64,000 nucleotides of DNA from an uncultured Verrucomicrobiae bacterium (GCA_963719495.1 CAVRCI010000002.1:1-64000); one strand, 5' to 3'. Positions 21,525 through 32,650 are shown, numbered from the stretch's first letter. Notes: generated from the sequence alone by a model not told the origin. Program-made: numbers and translations.

Positions 21525-22286
21525 ATGGACATGGATTTTTCTTCGATGCTGGCCAACGCGATGACGCTCGACGCGCTCGCGACGTTGGCCCTCCTCATCG
21601 GTCTCGAGCTCGTGCTCGGGATCGACAACATCCTTGTCATCTCGCTGGTCGTTGATCGGCTGCCCGACGCCCAGCGGCAACGGGCTCGGATGATCGGCCT
21701 GCTGCTCGCGATGGTGCTGCGGCTGGTCTTCGTCGCCGGGGCGTTTCTGCTGGTGCAAATGACCGACCCCGTGCTGATGGGACTCTCGGTGAAAGACCTG
21801 ATCCTGCTCGCGGGCGGGCTGTTTCTCATGTGGAAAGCGGTGCGGGAGATCCACCACATCGTCGAATTCAAGGAGCACCACGGCGGTCGGACCATGGCGG
21901 TCAAGGGTGCGTTTGCGGCGGCGATCTTTCAGATTGTCCTGCTGGACATGGTCTTTTCGGTGGATTCGGTCATCACCGCGGTCGGGCTGACCCAGAATCT
22001 CCTCATCATCGGCTTCGCGGTGATCGTGTCCTTCGGCGGCCTGCTGATCTACGCCGGACCGATCGGAGAGTTCATCCTGCGGCACCCCGCTTTGAAGATT
22101 CTCGCCCTCTCGTTCCTCGTGACGATCGGCGTGACGTTGGTGCTCGAAGGAATCGGACAGCACGTCGAGAAGGGTTACATCTACCTGCCGATGGGCTTCG
22201 CGCTGCTGGTCGAGCTGCTGCAGATGCGGTTCCTTTCGAACTCGAAGAAGGGCGATGGGGCGGGGCACATCGACGCGGGGGAGTGA
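21525..22286 (+). CDS. TerC family membrane protein
   Basis: LELVLGIDN, DMVFSVDSVITAVG. Confidence 0.9.
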   Translation: MDMDFSSMLANAMTLDALATLALLIGLELVLGIDNILVISLVVDRLPDAQRQRARMIGLLLAMVLRLVFVAGAFLLVQMTDPVLMGLSVKDLILLAGGLFLMWKAVREIHHIVEFKEHHGGRTMAVKGAFAAAIFQIVLLDMVFSVDSVITAVGLTQNLLIIGFAVIVSFGGLLIYAGPIGEFILRHPALKILALSFLVTIGVTLVLEGIGQHVEKGYIYLPMGFALLVELLQMRFLSNSKKGDGAGHIDAGE

Positions 22287-22565
22287 GGCTTCGCCCACGG
22301 ATTGGTGCGGCGGCTGGAAGCGCGCCGTTCCTTGATGCCCCCCTCGACTTTCAACTGGGGCCAGGGGGAATCCAGAGGCTTCGCCTTTTGGCTGGTTCGG
22401 CGATTGCAAATCGCCGCTCCTTGAAATACTGCTCGGATCTATGAAAAATGCGTTCTATCTCGTGGCTGGTGTTTTGGCTTTGGCGTTCGTGACCGGTTGC
22501 TGCTGCAACTATTGACCGCTCGAGTGGCGTTGCGGGCTGACGACGCGTCGCGGTAGGGTCGCCGC

Positions 22566-23441
22566 GTGAATCGAGAAACGCGATGGGTGGCCTGGGCCCT
22601 GTTGGCTCCAGCCTTGCTGCTGGTCGCGGTCGTCGCCGTGTATCCGGTGGTCCGCACGGTCACGCTGAGTTTTTTTTCGCAGAATCTCGGGACGGAGCTG
22701 CAGCCGGTCTTCACGGGGCTGCTGAATTACCAGCGGCTCTGGGCGGACGCGCATTTCTGGGAAACGGTCGGGCGCACGCTCGTTTTCACGGGCTTGGCGG
22801 TCGGGGCGGAGGTCGTTCTGGGCTTGGCCGTCGCGCTGGCGGTGCACCATTCGCCCTTCGGACGCGGGCTCGCTCGCACGGCGGCGCTGGTGCCGTGGGT
22901 GCTGCCGACGTCCGCGCTGGCGCTGGGGTGGATCTGGATCTTCAACGATCAATTCGGCGTCGTGAACGACCTGCTGCGCGGAGCGGGACTCATCGAGCGT
23001 CCGGTGGTGTGGCTCGGACGACCGGGCACGGCGTTTTCAGCCCTCGTGCTGGCGGACGTGTGGAAGACGACGCCGTTCATCGCGATTCTGGTGCTCGCTG
23101 GATTACAGACGATCCCGGGTCAGCTCTACGAAGCGGCGGCCATCGACGGGGCGGGGCGGGTGCAGCAATTTGCGCGCATCACGCTGCCGATGCTGCGACC
23201 GACGATCTTCGTTGCGGTGCTCTTCCGGGCTCTGCAGTCGTTCGGGATTTTTGACCTCGTCTACGTGATGACCGGCGGCGGTCCGGGCGGGGCGACGGAG
23301 ACGGTGGCGGTCTACACGTATCGGAATTTCATGCGCTACCTCGACTTCGGCTACGGCTCGGCTCTACTGGTCGTGGGGGCCGGCGTGATGGCGGTAATGA
23401 CCGTCGCAATCTGGGCCGTGCTGGGGAGGGAGCGGGCGTGA
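22566..23441 (+). CDS. Carbohydrate ABC transporter permease
   Basis: DVWKTTPF, LYEAAAIDGA EAA loop. Confidence 0.92.
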   Translation: MNRETRWVAWALLAPALLLVAVVAVYPVVRTVTLSFFSQNLGTELQPVFTGLLNYQRLWADAHFWETVGRTLVFTGLAVGAEVVLGLAVALAVHHSPFGRGLARTAALVPWVLPTSALALGWIWIFNDQFGVVNDLLRGAGLIERPVVWLGRPGTAFSALVLADVWKTTPFIAILVLAGLQTIPGQLYEAAAIDGAGRVQQFARITLPMLRPTIFVAVLFRALQSFGIFDLVYVMTGGGPGGATETVAVYTYRNFMRYLDFGYGSALLVVGAGVMAVMTVAIWAVLGRERA

Positions 23442-24262
23442 GGGGCCGGATCTGGGGGGCGCTCATTCTGCTCGGGCTGCTGCTCTGGTGCCTGGGGCCG
23501 CTTTGGTGGCAGTTCGTGACGGCGGTGAAAACCAACGCCGAGATCACGGCGCTGCCGGTCACCTATTTCCCGCGCGACTGGAGCTTCGAACACTTCGCCG
23601 ATCTTTTCGCCCGGCGGCCCTTCGCGCGGTTTCTGTGGAACAGCTTTTTCATCAGCTCGTGCGCGACGGTGCTGTGTCTGGCGGTGAGCGTGCCGGCGGC
23701 GTATTCGTTCGCCCGGCTGCGGCCGCGGGGTGGGCCGGTGATCGTGGGGCTTCTGATCGCGATCTCGTTCTTTCCGATGATCGCTTTCTTCTTTCCGCTC
23801 TACGAAGTCGTGCGCTGGGCGGGTCTCACGAACAACCCGCTGTCGCTCATCGTTCCCTACGCGGCCTTCAATCTGCCGATCGGGATCCTCTTTCTCACGG
23901 CGTTCTTCCGGACCATCCCGAGGGAAATCGACGAGGCCGGAATCATGGACGGCCTCGGGCGGGTCCAGACGCTCTGGCATCTCATCCTGCCGCTATCGGG
24001 CCCTGGGCTGGTCACGTCGGGGTTGCTCGTCTTCATCGCGTCGTGGAACGAGTTTCTGCTGGCTCTGACGTTTCTGCCTCGAGCGGAGGCTCAGACGGTC
24101 ACGGTCGCAATCGCGGGCTTGAGCGGCGGTAGCCTCTTCGAGCTGCCGTGGGGCCTGATCGGTGCCGCGATCGTCGTCAGCGTCGCGCCGCTGCTCGTGC
24201 TCGTGGCTTTTTTCCAGCGGAGGATCGTGGAAGGCCTGACGACCGGGACAACGGCGAATTGA
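23438..24262 (+). CDS. Carbohydrate ABC transporter permease
   Basis: IPREIDEAGIMDG, SWNEFL, FQRRIVEGLT. Confidence 0.92.
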   Translation: MRGRIWGALILLGLLLWCLGPLWWQFVTAVKTNAEITALPVTYFPRDWSFEHFADLFARRPFARFLWNSFFISSCATVLCLAVSVPAAYSFARLRPRGGPVIVGLLIAISFFPMIAFFFPLYEVVRWAGLTNNPLSLIVPYAAFNLPIGILFLTAFFRTIPREIDEAGIMDGLGRVQTLWHLILPLSGPGLVTSGLLVFIASWNEFLLALTFLPRAEAQTVTVAIAGLSGGSLFELPWGLIGAAIVVSVAPLLVLVAFFQRRIVEGLTTGTTAN

Positions 24263-24610
24263 CGGCCATTTCCGATCAGTCGCCAGCCGCGGATGTCCTG
24301 AAAAGTCAGAGATTTCCTTTCGGAAGAGGGCAAAGAAGTGAAAGGCGGTCGATCGCTCTTCGTCTTACCTTGGAATGACAGCCGAGAGAGGACTGCGCCA
24401 TCATCGTTGCGGAGCAACGCTTTCGTTTCGACCTGTCATCCTGACTGCAATGAAGAGCCGAGCGAATGCGAGACAGCGTTCTTATTTTTCGTTAATAGGC
24501 AACCTCCGTTCTATCGCAAACGAAGCGCCGCCGCCCAGAAATCTCCTACCGATCCTTCCCGGAAATTCGGTCTCGAACCCTCGATGCTCAGCGGTTCAAA
24601 TGAGAAAGCG

Positions 24611-25180
24611 ATGAAATGCCCGACTGAGAAATCTGGCGGCAAGCCGGACACTCGCTCCCGACTGAGCCCTTGTCTGAACATTGCCGTAATGGCAGTTGTG
24701 ACTTTGGCGTCCCTGTCGGTGATTTGGAGTCTCGCGGTTCCGGCGGTTTCCAGTGGGCCGGTTCGTGGCGAGATCGTTCGAAAATTGAACAACGCACGGC
24801 AATTTCAGATCGTGGCGCAAACGATGGCTTTGGATGGTTCGACGACAGGCGATCTCCGATTGCAGTGGCCCGCAGATTCCGGGGTGACTTCACTGGCGGA
24901 GTATTGCGATCGGATGGTCGAGGGAAGGTATCTCACCGAAAGCGATCTGGAGAAGCTGGAGATCGAGAAGCATTTCGTCGTGACGAACCTTTCCGCGGAA
25001 GACGGTGCGGAGACGGCTTTCGTGGTCAGCAAGACATACTCCGAGGCGGATCCGCCGAGGTGGAAGCCGGATGTCGTGGTTCTTCAAAAGGGGGGTAACG
25101 GGAATTTTGCGAGGGGCTCCGAGAAACCTTTCGAAGTCGTGCTGCCGGATCGGGAGCCAGCGATTTTGCCGCCGGAGTGA
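24611..25180 (+). CDS. Hypothetical protein with one TM helix (pseudopilin-like)
   Basis: Hydrophobic segment followed by LNNARQFQIV; start chosen at ATG 24611. Confidence 0.5.
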   Translation: MKCPTEKSGGKPDTRSRLSPCLNIAVMAVVTLASLSVIWSLAVPAVSSGPVRGEIVRKLNNARQFQIVAQTMALDGSTTGDLRLQWPADSGVTSLAEYCDRMVEGRYLTESDLEKLEIEKHFVVTNLSAEDGAETAFVVSKTYSEADPPRWKPDVVVLQKGGNGNFARGSEKPFEVVLPDREPAILPPE

Positions 25181-25600
25181 TCCGCAATCTCACGGGTTGC
25201 CCGACAGAGGCTTCGGCGCGGTGGCGGTTTTGTGATCCTGCAATTGCACCGAAACCGCAGGGCGAGGCTCCAGCCAAGCCGTGGCCTTGCCCGCGGACCG
25301 CCCAAATCTATCATTTGACGACGATTCGGGGACAACATGGATCGGTAGGAGCCTCGCGCTCTATTGAGAGGGTGTGAAGGGGACGGTCATGAATGGCGTT
25401 AAGATAAGGCGGATCTGGGATCAAAATACTCTGTAATCAGCTGAACGCCGTATCCCAAACATCGCTTGACTCAACGCCATTCGGGACGGTCATTCATCTG
25501 GGCAAAATGCGCTTTTGATAAAAAGCGATTCGCTGGCTGCGAGATTCTTCGATCTGCGGATGAATTTGGAAGATGTGTCAATATGAATGACCCCCTTTTG

Positions 25601-26924
25601 CAGGGCCGCCGCATCAAAAAAGATCGCGATAGAAGAAGTTTGGTCTGGTACGATATTTTAATCTGCCTAGATGGAGTGTATGCCCGAAACGCATCCCATC
25701 CAAAAAAGCCTGATCGAAGAGTTCAAAACCATCGAAGACCCGCGAATTTCGCGCACTCGCTATCATGAGTTGAGCGACATTCTGGTGATTGCGATCTCGA
25801 CACTTTTGTGCGCAGGCACGTCTTTCTACGACATGGGAGAGTTCGGTCGGGCCAAGGGAAAATGGTTCCGAACGTTTCTGAAGTTACCCAACGGCATCCT
25901 CAGCCACGACACTTTCAATCGCGTGTTTTCGTTGATCGATCCAGCGAGTTTCCACGAGTGTTTCATGAGGTGGACGCAGACCGTGCGCGAACACATCGAC
26001 CGGGAAATCATCGCCGTTGACGGCAAAGCCCTCCGCGCAGCCTGCCAGGACGGAGGGAACGTGCGCTCCATCGTCAATGCTTAGGCCAGCAGCAATCGAC
26101 GCGTCCCGAGTCAGCTCGAAGTGCCCGACAAAACCAACGAACCGACCAAAGGGAGATGGCCTGCGGCAGGCAGCCCGCAGGGCGGAGCGAAGCGACGGCA
26201 AATCACGGCGGTTCCCACGCTACTGCAAGCGTTGGAACTCGGTGGCTGCATCGTGAGCACCGATTAGGGTGGGGTGCCAGAAAGAGATCGCCCGAGAATT
26301 CATCGAGGCCGACGCCGACTACGTTCTCGCTCTCAAAAGCAATCGTCAGACCATCCACGCGGAGGTCAAAAGCTTCCTCGATGCCGAATTCGACCGTGAG
26401 CTCCAGAGCCTTGCGGCACCCAAACCATCCACGAAGAAGCTGCAAACCGCCCCCAATTTTCCATTTTGGAAACCGCCGACAAAGGCCACGGGCGATTGGA
26501 AATCCGACGCTATTTCCAAAGCGTCGCCATCGACTGGTTCGAAGACGTCAGCCAATGGGAAGGTCTGCAAAGCGTCGGAATGGTCGAATCCAGCCGCGAA
26601 ATCAAAGGTCAAATCAGCATCGAAAGACGCTACTTCCTGAGCAGCCTGCCCCTCGACGTCGAACTCTTCGCTCAAGCCGTCCGCGGACATTGGGGCGTGG
26701 AAAACTTCTGCCACTGGGTGTGGGACGTCATCCTGCGCGAAGATGGTTCCCGCGCTTCGAACCGCTCATGCCGCCGAAAATCTCGCCACCCTGCGCCGCC
26801 TAGCTTTGAATCTGCTCTCTCGCGAAAAGTCCAAAAAACGTAGCATCAAGACCAAGCAACTCGTCGCCGCCTGGGATCACGACTTCCTCCTGCACCTTCT
26901 CAATTTTTAGATGCGTCGGCCCAT
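25601..26924 (+). mobile_element. ISAs1-family IS, decayed (transposase pseudogene ~25680-26910)
   Basis: IR CAGGGCCGCCGCATCAAAAA / TTTTTAGATGCGTCGGCCC; DPR, SHDTFNRVF, AVDGK, HGRLEIR, RGHWGVEN; internal stops and frameshifts. Confidence 0.88.
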
Positions 26925-27081
26925 CCTCCTTTTGGGAATTCGGAGTTAGAAAGGGTATGCGAACTACGGGTTGTGATCAACGGGAGGAAAGTCGTTGAGC
27001 AAAGTTGGCGGCGGAGCGGCTAGGGGTTGGCTGCAGCGCCTTGTTCGGCTATAACCGCACAAGCTACGAAGGGTGTTGCAA

Positions 27082-27342
27082 TCACGATGCCAACCCCTCC
27101 TTGAATTTGACCGTATGCATTTTACTATTGGCCGTTCGGATAAGGGGAATGCCGTAAACTAGATGAAACTGAGCAGCGTGTGGAATGAGATATGACTGGA
27201 ACCGCAGTCTAAAAGTGGGACCTGAGAATGACCAAAAAATTTCGATTTCGCTTCGCGAAAGAATGCGGATGAAGGACTGATGTTGGAATTTCGGTGATCT
27301 TCGCCGACGGTTCATCTTCGGAGCACTGCCGGGCAACACCAT
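27082..27342 (-). CDS. Cassette hypothetical protein
   Basis: Only ORF in cassette 27050-27415; no recognisable motif. Confidence 0.3.
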   Translation of the reverse strand: MVLPGSAPKMNRRRRSPKFQHQSFIRILSRSEIEIFWSFSGPTFRLRFQSYLIPHAAQFHLVYGIPLIRTANSKMHTVKFKEGLAS

Positions 27343-27542
27343 ATTTTATAGTTCCGTCAAGCGGTGTTGGGAGCGATCAACAAGTTGCTCAGACGATATC
27401 ATCCGCCGGAGGAAAGCCGAACGTCAAGCTCAGCCACCCTGAGAGGGCAATCAAGCCAACCCTGAGGTGAGCTGCCAATAGCGGGAACGAGCAACCCCAG
27501 CCAGCGAAGCGGCTAGGGGTTGGCTGCAGCGCCTTGTTCGGA

Positions 27543-27598
27543 TCCGCCCGTCCGTGGTCCCGTCAGATCTGCTATCTACAGCCTTGCTGATTGTCTAG
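27543..27598 (-). repeat. Gene-less cassette family B, truncated by IS1182
   Basis: Near-identical to 59601-59656 up to CTAG. Confidence 0.8.
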
Positions 27599-29199
27599 CA
27601 GCCTGTCGGACTTAGACGCGCGACAAAACCCAAGAAACCTGGCAGACAGGGAAGATGGCAGTGAGAAACGTCAACGTCGATCATGAGACCCCGCTACTGT
27701 TACCGCCGGACCTTCGGGACTGGGTTCCGGCAGGGCACATGGTTCATTTCGTGATGGACGCGGTAGGGGCGTTGAATCTTGGGGCGGCGAAGAAGAACGA
27801 ACGGGGGACGGGCTCGGCGCAGTATCCGCCGTCGATGATGCTTGGGTTGCTGATTTACAGCTACGCGACGGGGATCTTTGGGAGTCGGCGCATCGAAACG
27901 CTCACGCACGAGAATGTGGCCGTGCGCTACCTGTGTGCTGGACACCATCCTGACCACGACTCGATCTGCAAATTCCGCCGAGAGAACGCGGAACTGCTGA
28001 GCAGTTGCTTTCATCAGGTTCTTGAACTGGCGGCAGGATCAGGAGTGTTGAAGGTGGGAGATTTGACCATCTCGCTGGACGGCACCAAGCTTCTGGCCAA
28101 CGCAAGTCGCCACAGCGCGATGAGTCACGGTCGAATCGAAGAGCAGATGACGCTGGCCAGCGAGCAAATCCAAGAGTTGCTGGCTAAAGCCGAGAATGTC
28201 GACAGCACCCCACTACTGGCCGACGGGCTGGAGATCCCGCAGGAAATCAAACGTCGCGAGGATCGACTGGCCAAGCTTGCGCAAGCCAAGGCCGCTCTGG
28301 AAGCTCGCGCCAAAGTCCGCTTCGAGCAGGAAAGCGCGGCCCACACCGAAAAGCTCGCCGCCCGCGCACGAAGCGAGCAGAGCACCGGTCGCAAAGCACG
28401 TGGCAAAGCACCGGATCCGCCCACCGAAGGCCCTCGTCCCAAGGACCAATATAATTTCACCGATCCCGAGAGCCGGATTATGAAAGACAAAAGCGGCTTC
28501 GCGCAGTGCTACAACGCGCAGGCCGCCGTGGAGGTCGACACCATGCTCATCGTCGGAGCCCATCTCACCGACGCACCCAACGACAAGCAACAACTCCAAC
28601 CCGGAGTGGAGTCCGTGAGCCCGACCGTCGGCAACGTCAGCCAAGTCCTCGTCGACAGTGGCTACTACAGCCAGGAAGCAGTTGCGAGCGTGGAAGCCCG
28701 AGACGGGAACCCGAAAGTTTACGCCGCGCAAAAGCGCCAGCCACACGGGCGCACAATTGCTGATCTGGAACTCCGAGCCGACCCGCCCGCACCGCCACCC
28801 GATGCTCCGCCTACCGAAATCATGGCCCACCGACTCACCACCGCGGCTGGGCGCAAACTTTACGCCCTGCGCAAACAAACCGTCGAACCCGCCTTCGGCA
28901 TTATCAAAGAAGCCATGGGATTCCGACGCCTGCTCCTACGCGGCAAAGAGAAGGCTGCCTTGGAATGGTCATTGGTCACTACCTCCTACAACCTCAAACG
29001 CCTCTTCGGACTCGGAATGAGGATCGCAAGGGCGTAAGCAGCCCGCTATCACGCCCTCATGGATGATGGCAGCCGGTCTCAACTCCTCACGCTGACTCCT
29101 CGGCAGTCATCGGACTCTCCGAACCGCTCGCCAACCGCCAATCCTAACTTAACCAACAAAATCCGCCGCCAAACTGGCAGCTCCAAGTCCGACGGGCTG
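27599..29199 (+). mobile_element. IS1182-family IS
   Basis: IR CAGCCTGTCGGACTT / AAGTCCGACGGGCTG, CTAG on both sides. Confidence 0.9.
27655..29037 (+). CDS. IS1182-family transposase
   Basis: PDHDSICKFR, LDGTKL.ANAS, TDPESRIMK, YNAQAAV, DSGY, RKQTVEPAFG. Confidence 0.93.
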   Translation: MAVRNVNVDHETPLLLPPDLRDWVPAGHMVHFVMDAVGALNLGAAKKNERGTGSAQYPPSMMLGLLIYSYATGIFGSRRIETLTHENVAVRYLCAGHHPDHDSICKFRRENAELLSSCFHQVLELAAGSGVLKVGDLTISLDGTKLLANASRHSAMSHGRIEEQMTLASEQIQELLAKAENVDSTPLLADGLEIPQEIKRREDRLAKLAQAKAALEARAKVRFEQESAAHTEKLAARARSEQSTGRKARGKAPDPPTEGPRPKDQYNFTDPESRIMKDKSGFAQCYNAQAAVEVDTMLIVGAHLTDAPNDKQQLQPGVESVSPTVGNVSQVLVDSGYYSQEAVASVEARDGNPKVYAAQKRQPHGRTIADLELRADPPAPPPDAPPTEIMAHRLTTAAGRKLYALRKQTVEPAFGIIKEAMGFRRLLLRGKEKAALEWSLVTTSYNLKRLFGLGMRIARA

Positions 29200-29233
29200 C
29201 TAGGGGTTGGCTGCAGCGCCTTGTTCGGTCGTA

Positions 29234-29446
29234 TTATGCCGCATATTCGAACACTGGAGTTTCGATTGTTCTTGCGGGTTTACCGTCGCCCAGAATCAAC
29301 TTGTGAAGCTCTTCAACAGTAGAGGGGGAGAAGAATTGTTCGCCTGTATTCACAGATACCTTTGCAGGAACGTTCTCAATGATGAAAAAACGCCCAAGTC
29401 GCTCAAGTGTGTAGTTGACCAGCTCGTCTTTGGTTGAATCGTTCAT
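29234..29446 (-). CDS. YgiT-type/MqsA-like small protein (putative antitoxin)
   Basis: IIENVPAKV..TGEQFFSP; follows DUF4258 gene. Confidence 0.75.
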   Translation of the reverse strand: MNDSTKDELVNYTLERLGRFFIIENVPAKVSVNTGEQFFSPSTVEELHKLILGDGKPARTIETPVFEYAA

Positions 29447-29450
29447 ATAT

Positions 29451-29759
29451 TTATTTTACTCGTCTGACGCGGAAATCAACCCAAATATTCGGGTCCGGTT
29501 CATACGCGGTGATCACCTTCAACGTTGGTCGGCTGGGATAACTGATTTGTAAATGAATCGGTCGCTCAGTTTGTGTCATGCCGAACAAAAGACAACTCGG
29601 GCCATACTTGTCATTCGGATAATCTTCGATGATCTGTCCTTGAGAGACGGCCTCCCGCAATTCAGAGACCGAGATGTTGCGCAGTATCGTTTGATCGACA
29701 GCGTGTTTTGAGAACTCGAACTGATCGCATAAAAATTTCTCTCTGATGGCTTGGATCAC
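29451..29759 (-). CDS. DUF4258 protein (putative toxin)
   Basis: FSKHA, IIEDYPNDKYGPSCLLFG, RPIH, VITAYEPD. Confidence 0.85.
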   Translation of the reverse strand: MIQAIREKFLCDQFEFSKHAVDQTILRNISVSELREAVSQGQIIEDYPNDKYGPSCLLFGMTQTERPIHLQISYPSRPTLKVITAYEPDPNIWVDFRVRRVK

Positions 29760-30254
29760 TTCTCAGGTATCGCATCTTGCCGCGCGGATATGCGAGACGG
29801 AATTTCACTGGACCGAACGTCAAGCTCAACCACCCCGAACGGGGAACCGAATTTGTCTGGTGATCTTCTGGAAGTTTTGGGTCCGCGCAACCCCAAGAGC
29901 GAAGCGGCTAGGGGTTGGCTGCAGCGCCTTGTTAGGTCTCACCAGCTACCTCTGTCGAGCCTGGCCTAAAATGCGACATGAGGTAAAGACACCGCTTGCC
30001 ATATGCAACCGAACGATCAAGGAATATTTCTTTTGCGTAGCCGGACCATACCTCGTTGTGCTCTCCCATCAAAAGATAAGCTGATGGATGGGCATATTTC
30101 GAAAATAGCTTATAGAAACTCTCGTATTCTTCGATCTCCCTAGTGAGTATTGCTAGCTCTTTGTAGACTGGTGTCCGCTTACCGACAATCGAACTCCTAC
30201 CAGAGTGCGAATCGTGAAGATGCTGATTTGAAGGATTTGGCGGTCCTAGAAAAT

Positions 30255-30557
30255 TTAGGGCTCACTCCACATAACATCGAACATCACCTGTGGCTCTAAT
30301 CTACGATAATACAGGAGCATAAGATTTGATTTAAATATGCATCTTGATGAGTATGCAATTAGGTCGATGTCGTCTACGCCTCCCGAAGTAGCCCACCCTT
30401 GGATCTGAATCACGTGGTTCGCGCAATACCCTCCTATGTTCGATAGTAGTCCTATTAATGTCGGGACGTGCTCCTGAACTGCTATTTGTATCAGTAGCGA
30501 CTGCAAATCGGCTCTGATGGTAGCAAGTTCAGCGATTGACTCGTTTGTCGAGAGCAT
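30255..30557 (-). CDS. Cassette hypothetical protein (covers half of cassette; probably broken)
   Basis: ATG just after R'; ORF ends ~320 bp before attC. Confidence 0.4.
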   Translation of the reverse strand: MLSTNESIAELATIRADLQSLLIQIAVQEHVPTLIGLLSNIGGYCANHVIQIQGWATSGGVDDIDLIAYSSRCIFKSNLMLLYYRRLEPQVMFDVMWSEP

Positions 30558-30702
30558 TTTTTGTATCTGGACTTAACGTCAAGCCCAGCCACCCTGAGCG
30601 GGCAATCAAGCCAACCCCGAGGTGAGCTGCCAGTAGCGGGACCGAGCAACCCCAGCCAGCGAAGCGGCTAGGGGTTGGCTGCAGCGCCTTGTTGGGCCGC
30701 AT

Positions 30703-31095
30703 TCATTCGCAAACTCGGAGTCCGCAAACCTGCTGAATGTAATCGTAATCTCGGTCTTGGTGGTGAACCTCGCAGTCAACCTCAAGAGCGCAGGCCGCGA
30801 CCAAGCAATCGATTGCGCTGCGGACGGTATACCCATGTGAACGACAGTCGCGATAGATCTTGCCAGCTAAACGATATGTAGACCTCTGTGGGAAGATCTC
30901 AATGTAGGGTGCAAAATGGACTTCAATGGAATGCGCCTGTGTCTCGGTCTTGCATCCTTGCATCAGTTCCTGGAGGACAACCCCAGTAAAACAGATTGTC
31001 TGATCCGCCTCTAATAGTTGGACCAATGTGGAGACCTTCTGCGATTGGACGTCTTTGAACAAGTCGATCCAGACTCCGGTATCAACCAGAGTCAT
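30703..31095 (-). CDS. vapC: VapC PIN-domain toxin
   Basis: LVDTGVWID, ELMQG, IDCLVAACA, DRDY. Confidence 0.9.
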   Translation of the reverse strand: MTLVDTGVWIDLFKDVQSQKVSTLVQLLEADQTICFTGVVLQELMQGCKTETQAHSIEVHFAPYIEIFPQRSTYRLAGKIYRDCRSHGYTVRSAIDCLVAACALEVDCEVHHQDRDYDYIQQVCGLRVCE

Positions 31096-31292
31096 TTGAA
31101 TCGGTTCTGGCGCATTAGGTTGAGGTCTCCTTCCCACTGGATCTTACCTCGGAGTTCAAGAATCTTCTTTTGATCGCTTCTTCGGACGAATTCACGAAGG
31201 GCTGTGTTCACAAGATCCTTCTTCGTCCGCAATCCAGAGATCTGTAGACCCTGCGATACCAATTCGTCATCAAGTTCAATATTTGTCCGCAT
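31092..31292 (-). CDS. vapB: VapB antitoxin
   Basis: MRTNIELDDELV..TKKDLVNTALREFVR..WEGDL; ATGA overlap with toxin. Confidence 0.9.
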   Translation of the reverse strand: MRTNIELDDELVSQGLQISGLRTKKDLVNTALREFVRRSDQKKILELRGKIQWEGDLNLMRQNRFK

Positions 31293-31436
31293 ACACAAAG
31301 ATTGGGCAAGCTGGTGTGGATTGCAAGGACGAAATGGCCCAACGTCAAGCTCAGCCACCCTGAGCGGGCAATCAAGCCAACCCTGAGGTGAGCTGCCAGT
31401 AGCGGGACCGAGCAACCCCAGCCAGCGAAGCGGCTA

Positions 31437-32650
31437 GTATCCTGTAACGACTAAAGCTGCGGATATAACCGTCTCAATTTGACCCGCGCGTCGGCGGTGG
31501 CGAAGCGCCACGAAGTGGTGCGGGCGGCTTCGTTCCGGGCGGCCTCCCAAGCCGCGACTTCCGAGCGCAGCGTTTCAATGTTAGGAATGCGACGATTCAG
31601 GCATTGGGACTGAAGGACACTGAACTCGATCTCGGCGACATTGAGCCAACTGCCATGTTTTGGGGTGTAGTGGATCTCAAGGCGTTGGGCCAGTCGGCGA
31701 GCTTCCTGGGGAGGGAAGGCTTCGTAGAGCGAAGCGATGTTGTGCGTATTGAGGTTGTCCATGACCAAGCGCACCTTGGTCGCGTGGGGATAGCGTTCGT
31801 CGAGCATGCTGCGAATGAACTGAGCCCATTGGATGCGGGTGCGGCGTTCGGTGATTTCCAGATGTCTGCGTCCGCCCAGCGGCTCGACTTCGAGGAAAAT
31901 TTCGGCCACGCCGTTGCGGACGTATTCGTGGTCTTCGATCCGCGCCCTGCCGGGAGCGCTGGCGATGGGCGCGTGGACTTCGCCAACGAGTTGCTTGCTC
32001 GACTCATCCATACAGACGAGGGGGAAGCGCGCATCGTAGGGTGCGTGATAGAGTTCGAGAACGTCCTCCATGCAAGCAACGAAAGCGGCGCTGCCGTCTG
32101 GAGGGATCTTCCAATATTTGCTCAGATGAGGGCGTAATTCGTTTTTTTTAGAGACCGCTGAATGGTCATCGTCGAAACGCTGGGGGCAATCTTGAGTTCC
32201 ACGACTTTGTCGGCGAGAAGACGGACGGTCCACCGGGCGCGTCCATCGGGAGGATCGGAGCACGCCAAGGCGGTCACCCTCGCGTCAAAGGCTCCATCGA
32301 AGGTAATCCTCGGAGGACCGGTTCTCGGCTTGCGTCCAAGCGCTGCCTCCAACCCATCCTCCACGAAGCGCTCCTTGATGTGTTCGACGGTGCGAACACC
32401 GATTCCCAGAGCGCTGGCGACATCCGCCACCTTCCATGCTACGCCACTCGGCGCGTGCTCGCCAACGTCGCAAAGTAAAAGCGTTCGAGCATGCACATAT
32501 CGCCTGGCGTCGGTTTTGGAAGTCCGGCCCAGCGCGCTCAAATACTCACGTTCGGACTCGGTTAAAGTGATGCGGTATCGATTTGCCATCCACCCACATA
32601 CCGCTCCGATGAGCGCGACTCAATACGCAATATAGCGCGTTACAGTATAC
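31437..32650 (-). mobile_element. IS630-family IS inserted inside an attC site
   Basis: IR GTATCCTGTAACG / CGTTACAGTATAC, TA duplication; removal restores CGGCTAGGGGTTGG. Confidence 0.92.
31451..32589 (-). CDS. IS630 transposase, orfA (32122..32589) + orfB joined by -1 frameshift
   Basis: HTH orfA; A8 slippery run at ~32142-32149; orfB MDE, MDNLNTH, HYTPKHGSWLNVAE. Confidence 0.9.

Noticed and set aside
10382..23980. Long antisense ORFs opposite transporter and housekeeping genes
   Set aside because: Shadow ORFs of high-GC coding sequence
25181..27016. Integron integrase or attI at the left end of the array
   Set aside because: No tyrosine recombinase ORF; cassette orientation makes this the distal end
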